Shown: piece by piece, positions 63,648 to 64,000 of the stretch
How the letters are laid out: every line of letters begins with the position of its first letter
Position numbering within the stretch: position 1 is the stretch's first letter
DNA from: Phoronis australis
Lineage: Eukaryota; Animalia; Phoronida
Direction of reading: 5' to 3'
DNA length: 64,000 nucleotides
NCBI GenBank assembly: GCA_002633005.1
Contig: NMRA01000321.1
Span: 49,311 to 113,310 of the forward strand
Made by a program: the position numbers and the translations under genes
Notes under the pieces: generated by a model
Seen by the model: the letters and a program-made list of their open reading frames with translations, nothing else
Databases searched by the model: none
Told to the model about the DNA's origin: nothing

Positions 63648-64000
63648 GATCATATCGATATATTCATATCAACCAAGATCATATCGATATATTCATATCA
63701 ACCATGATCATATCGATATATTCATATCAACCATGATCATATCGATATATTCATATCAGCCAAGATCATATCGATATATTCATATCAGCCAAGATCATAT
63801 CGATATATTCATATCAGCCAAGATCATATCGATATATTCATATCAGCCAAGATCATATCGATATATTCATATCAGCCAAGATCATATCGATATATTCATA
63901 TCAGCCAAGATCATATCGATATATTCATATCAGCCAAGATCATATCGATATATTCATATCAGCCAAGATCATATCGATATATTCATATCAGCCAAGATCA
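63648..64000. repeat. 29-bp minisatellite (GATCATATCGATATATTCATATCAGCCAA)n, at least 12 copies, running off the window
   Basis: Directly visible; each unit contains the palindrome ATATCGATAT. Confidence 0.95.

Noticed and set aside
63648-64000. 29-bp partially palindromic repeat of CRISPR-like length
   Set aside because: The units are head-to-tail with no unique spacers, the context is eukaryotic, and there are no cas genes.

Overview
AT-rich, repeat-dense animal genomic DNA with spliceosomal introns and haplotype-overlap assembly artefacts; a marine invertebrate is inferred. Three host genes are supported. (1) The first coding exon of an H-NOX soluble guanylate cyclase (Gyc88E-like, - strand, 23425-23592); I found no exon 2 in 1-23424, so intron 1 probably runs past the window start. 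(2) A complete 4-exon POLR2J/RPB11 (+, 38163-43847, 116 aa). (3) An MGST3 (MAPEG family; +, 49881-60624) whose four shared coding exons are followed by three divergent, paralogous, in-phase candidate alternative LAST exons (57843, 58413, 60497). Each encodes a different TM4/C-terminus, and this is the most interesting feature of the window. The window also holds a decayed ISL2EU-type transposon (THAP gene convergent with a SAP+YqaJ gene), an internally deleted L1/Tx1 LINE, several MITEs including a foldback element, a dispersed TTAA-starting repeat family with an internal tRNA-like core, a broken ORF of about 45 acidic 11-aa repeats, and micro/minisatellites. All calls were made by eye; no searches were run.
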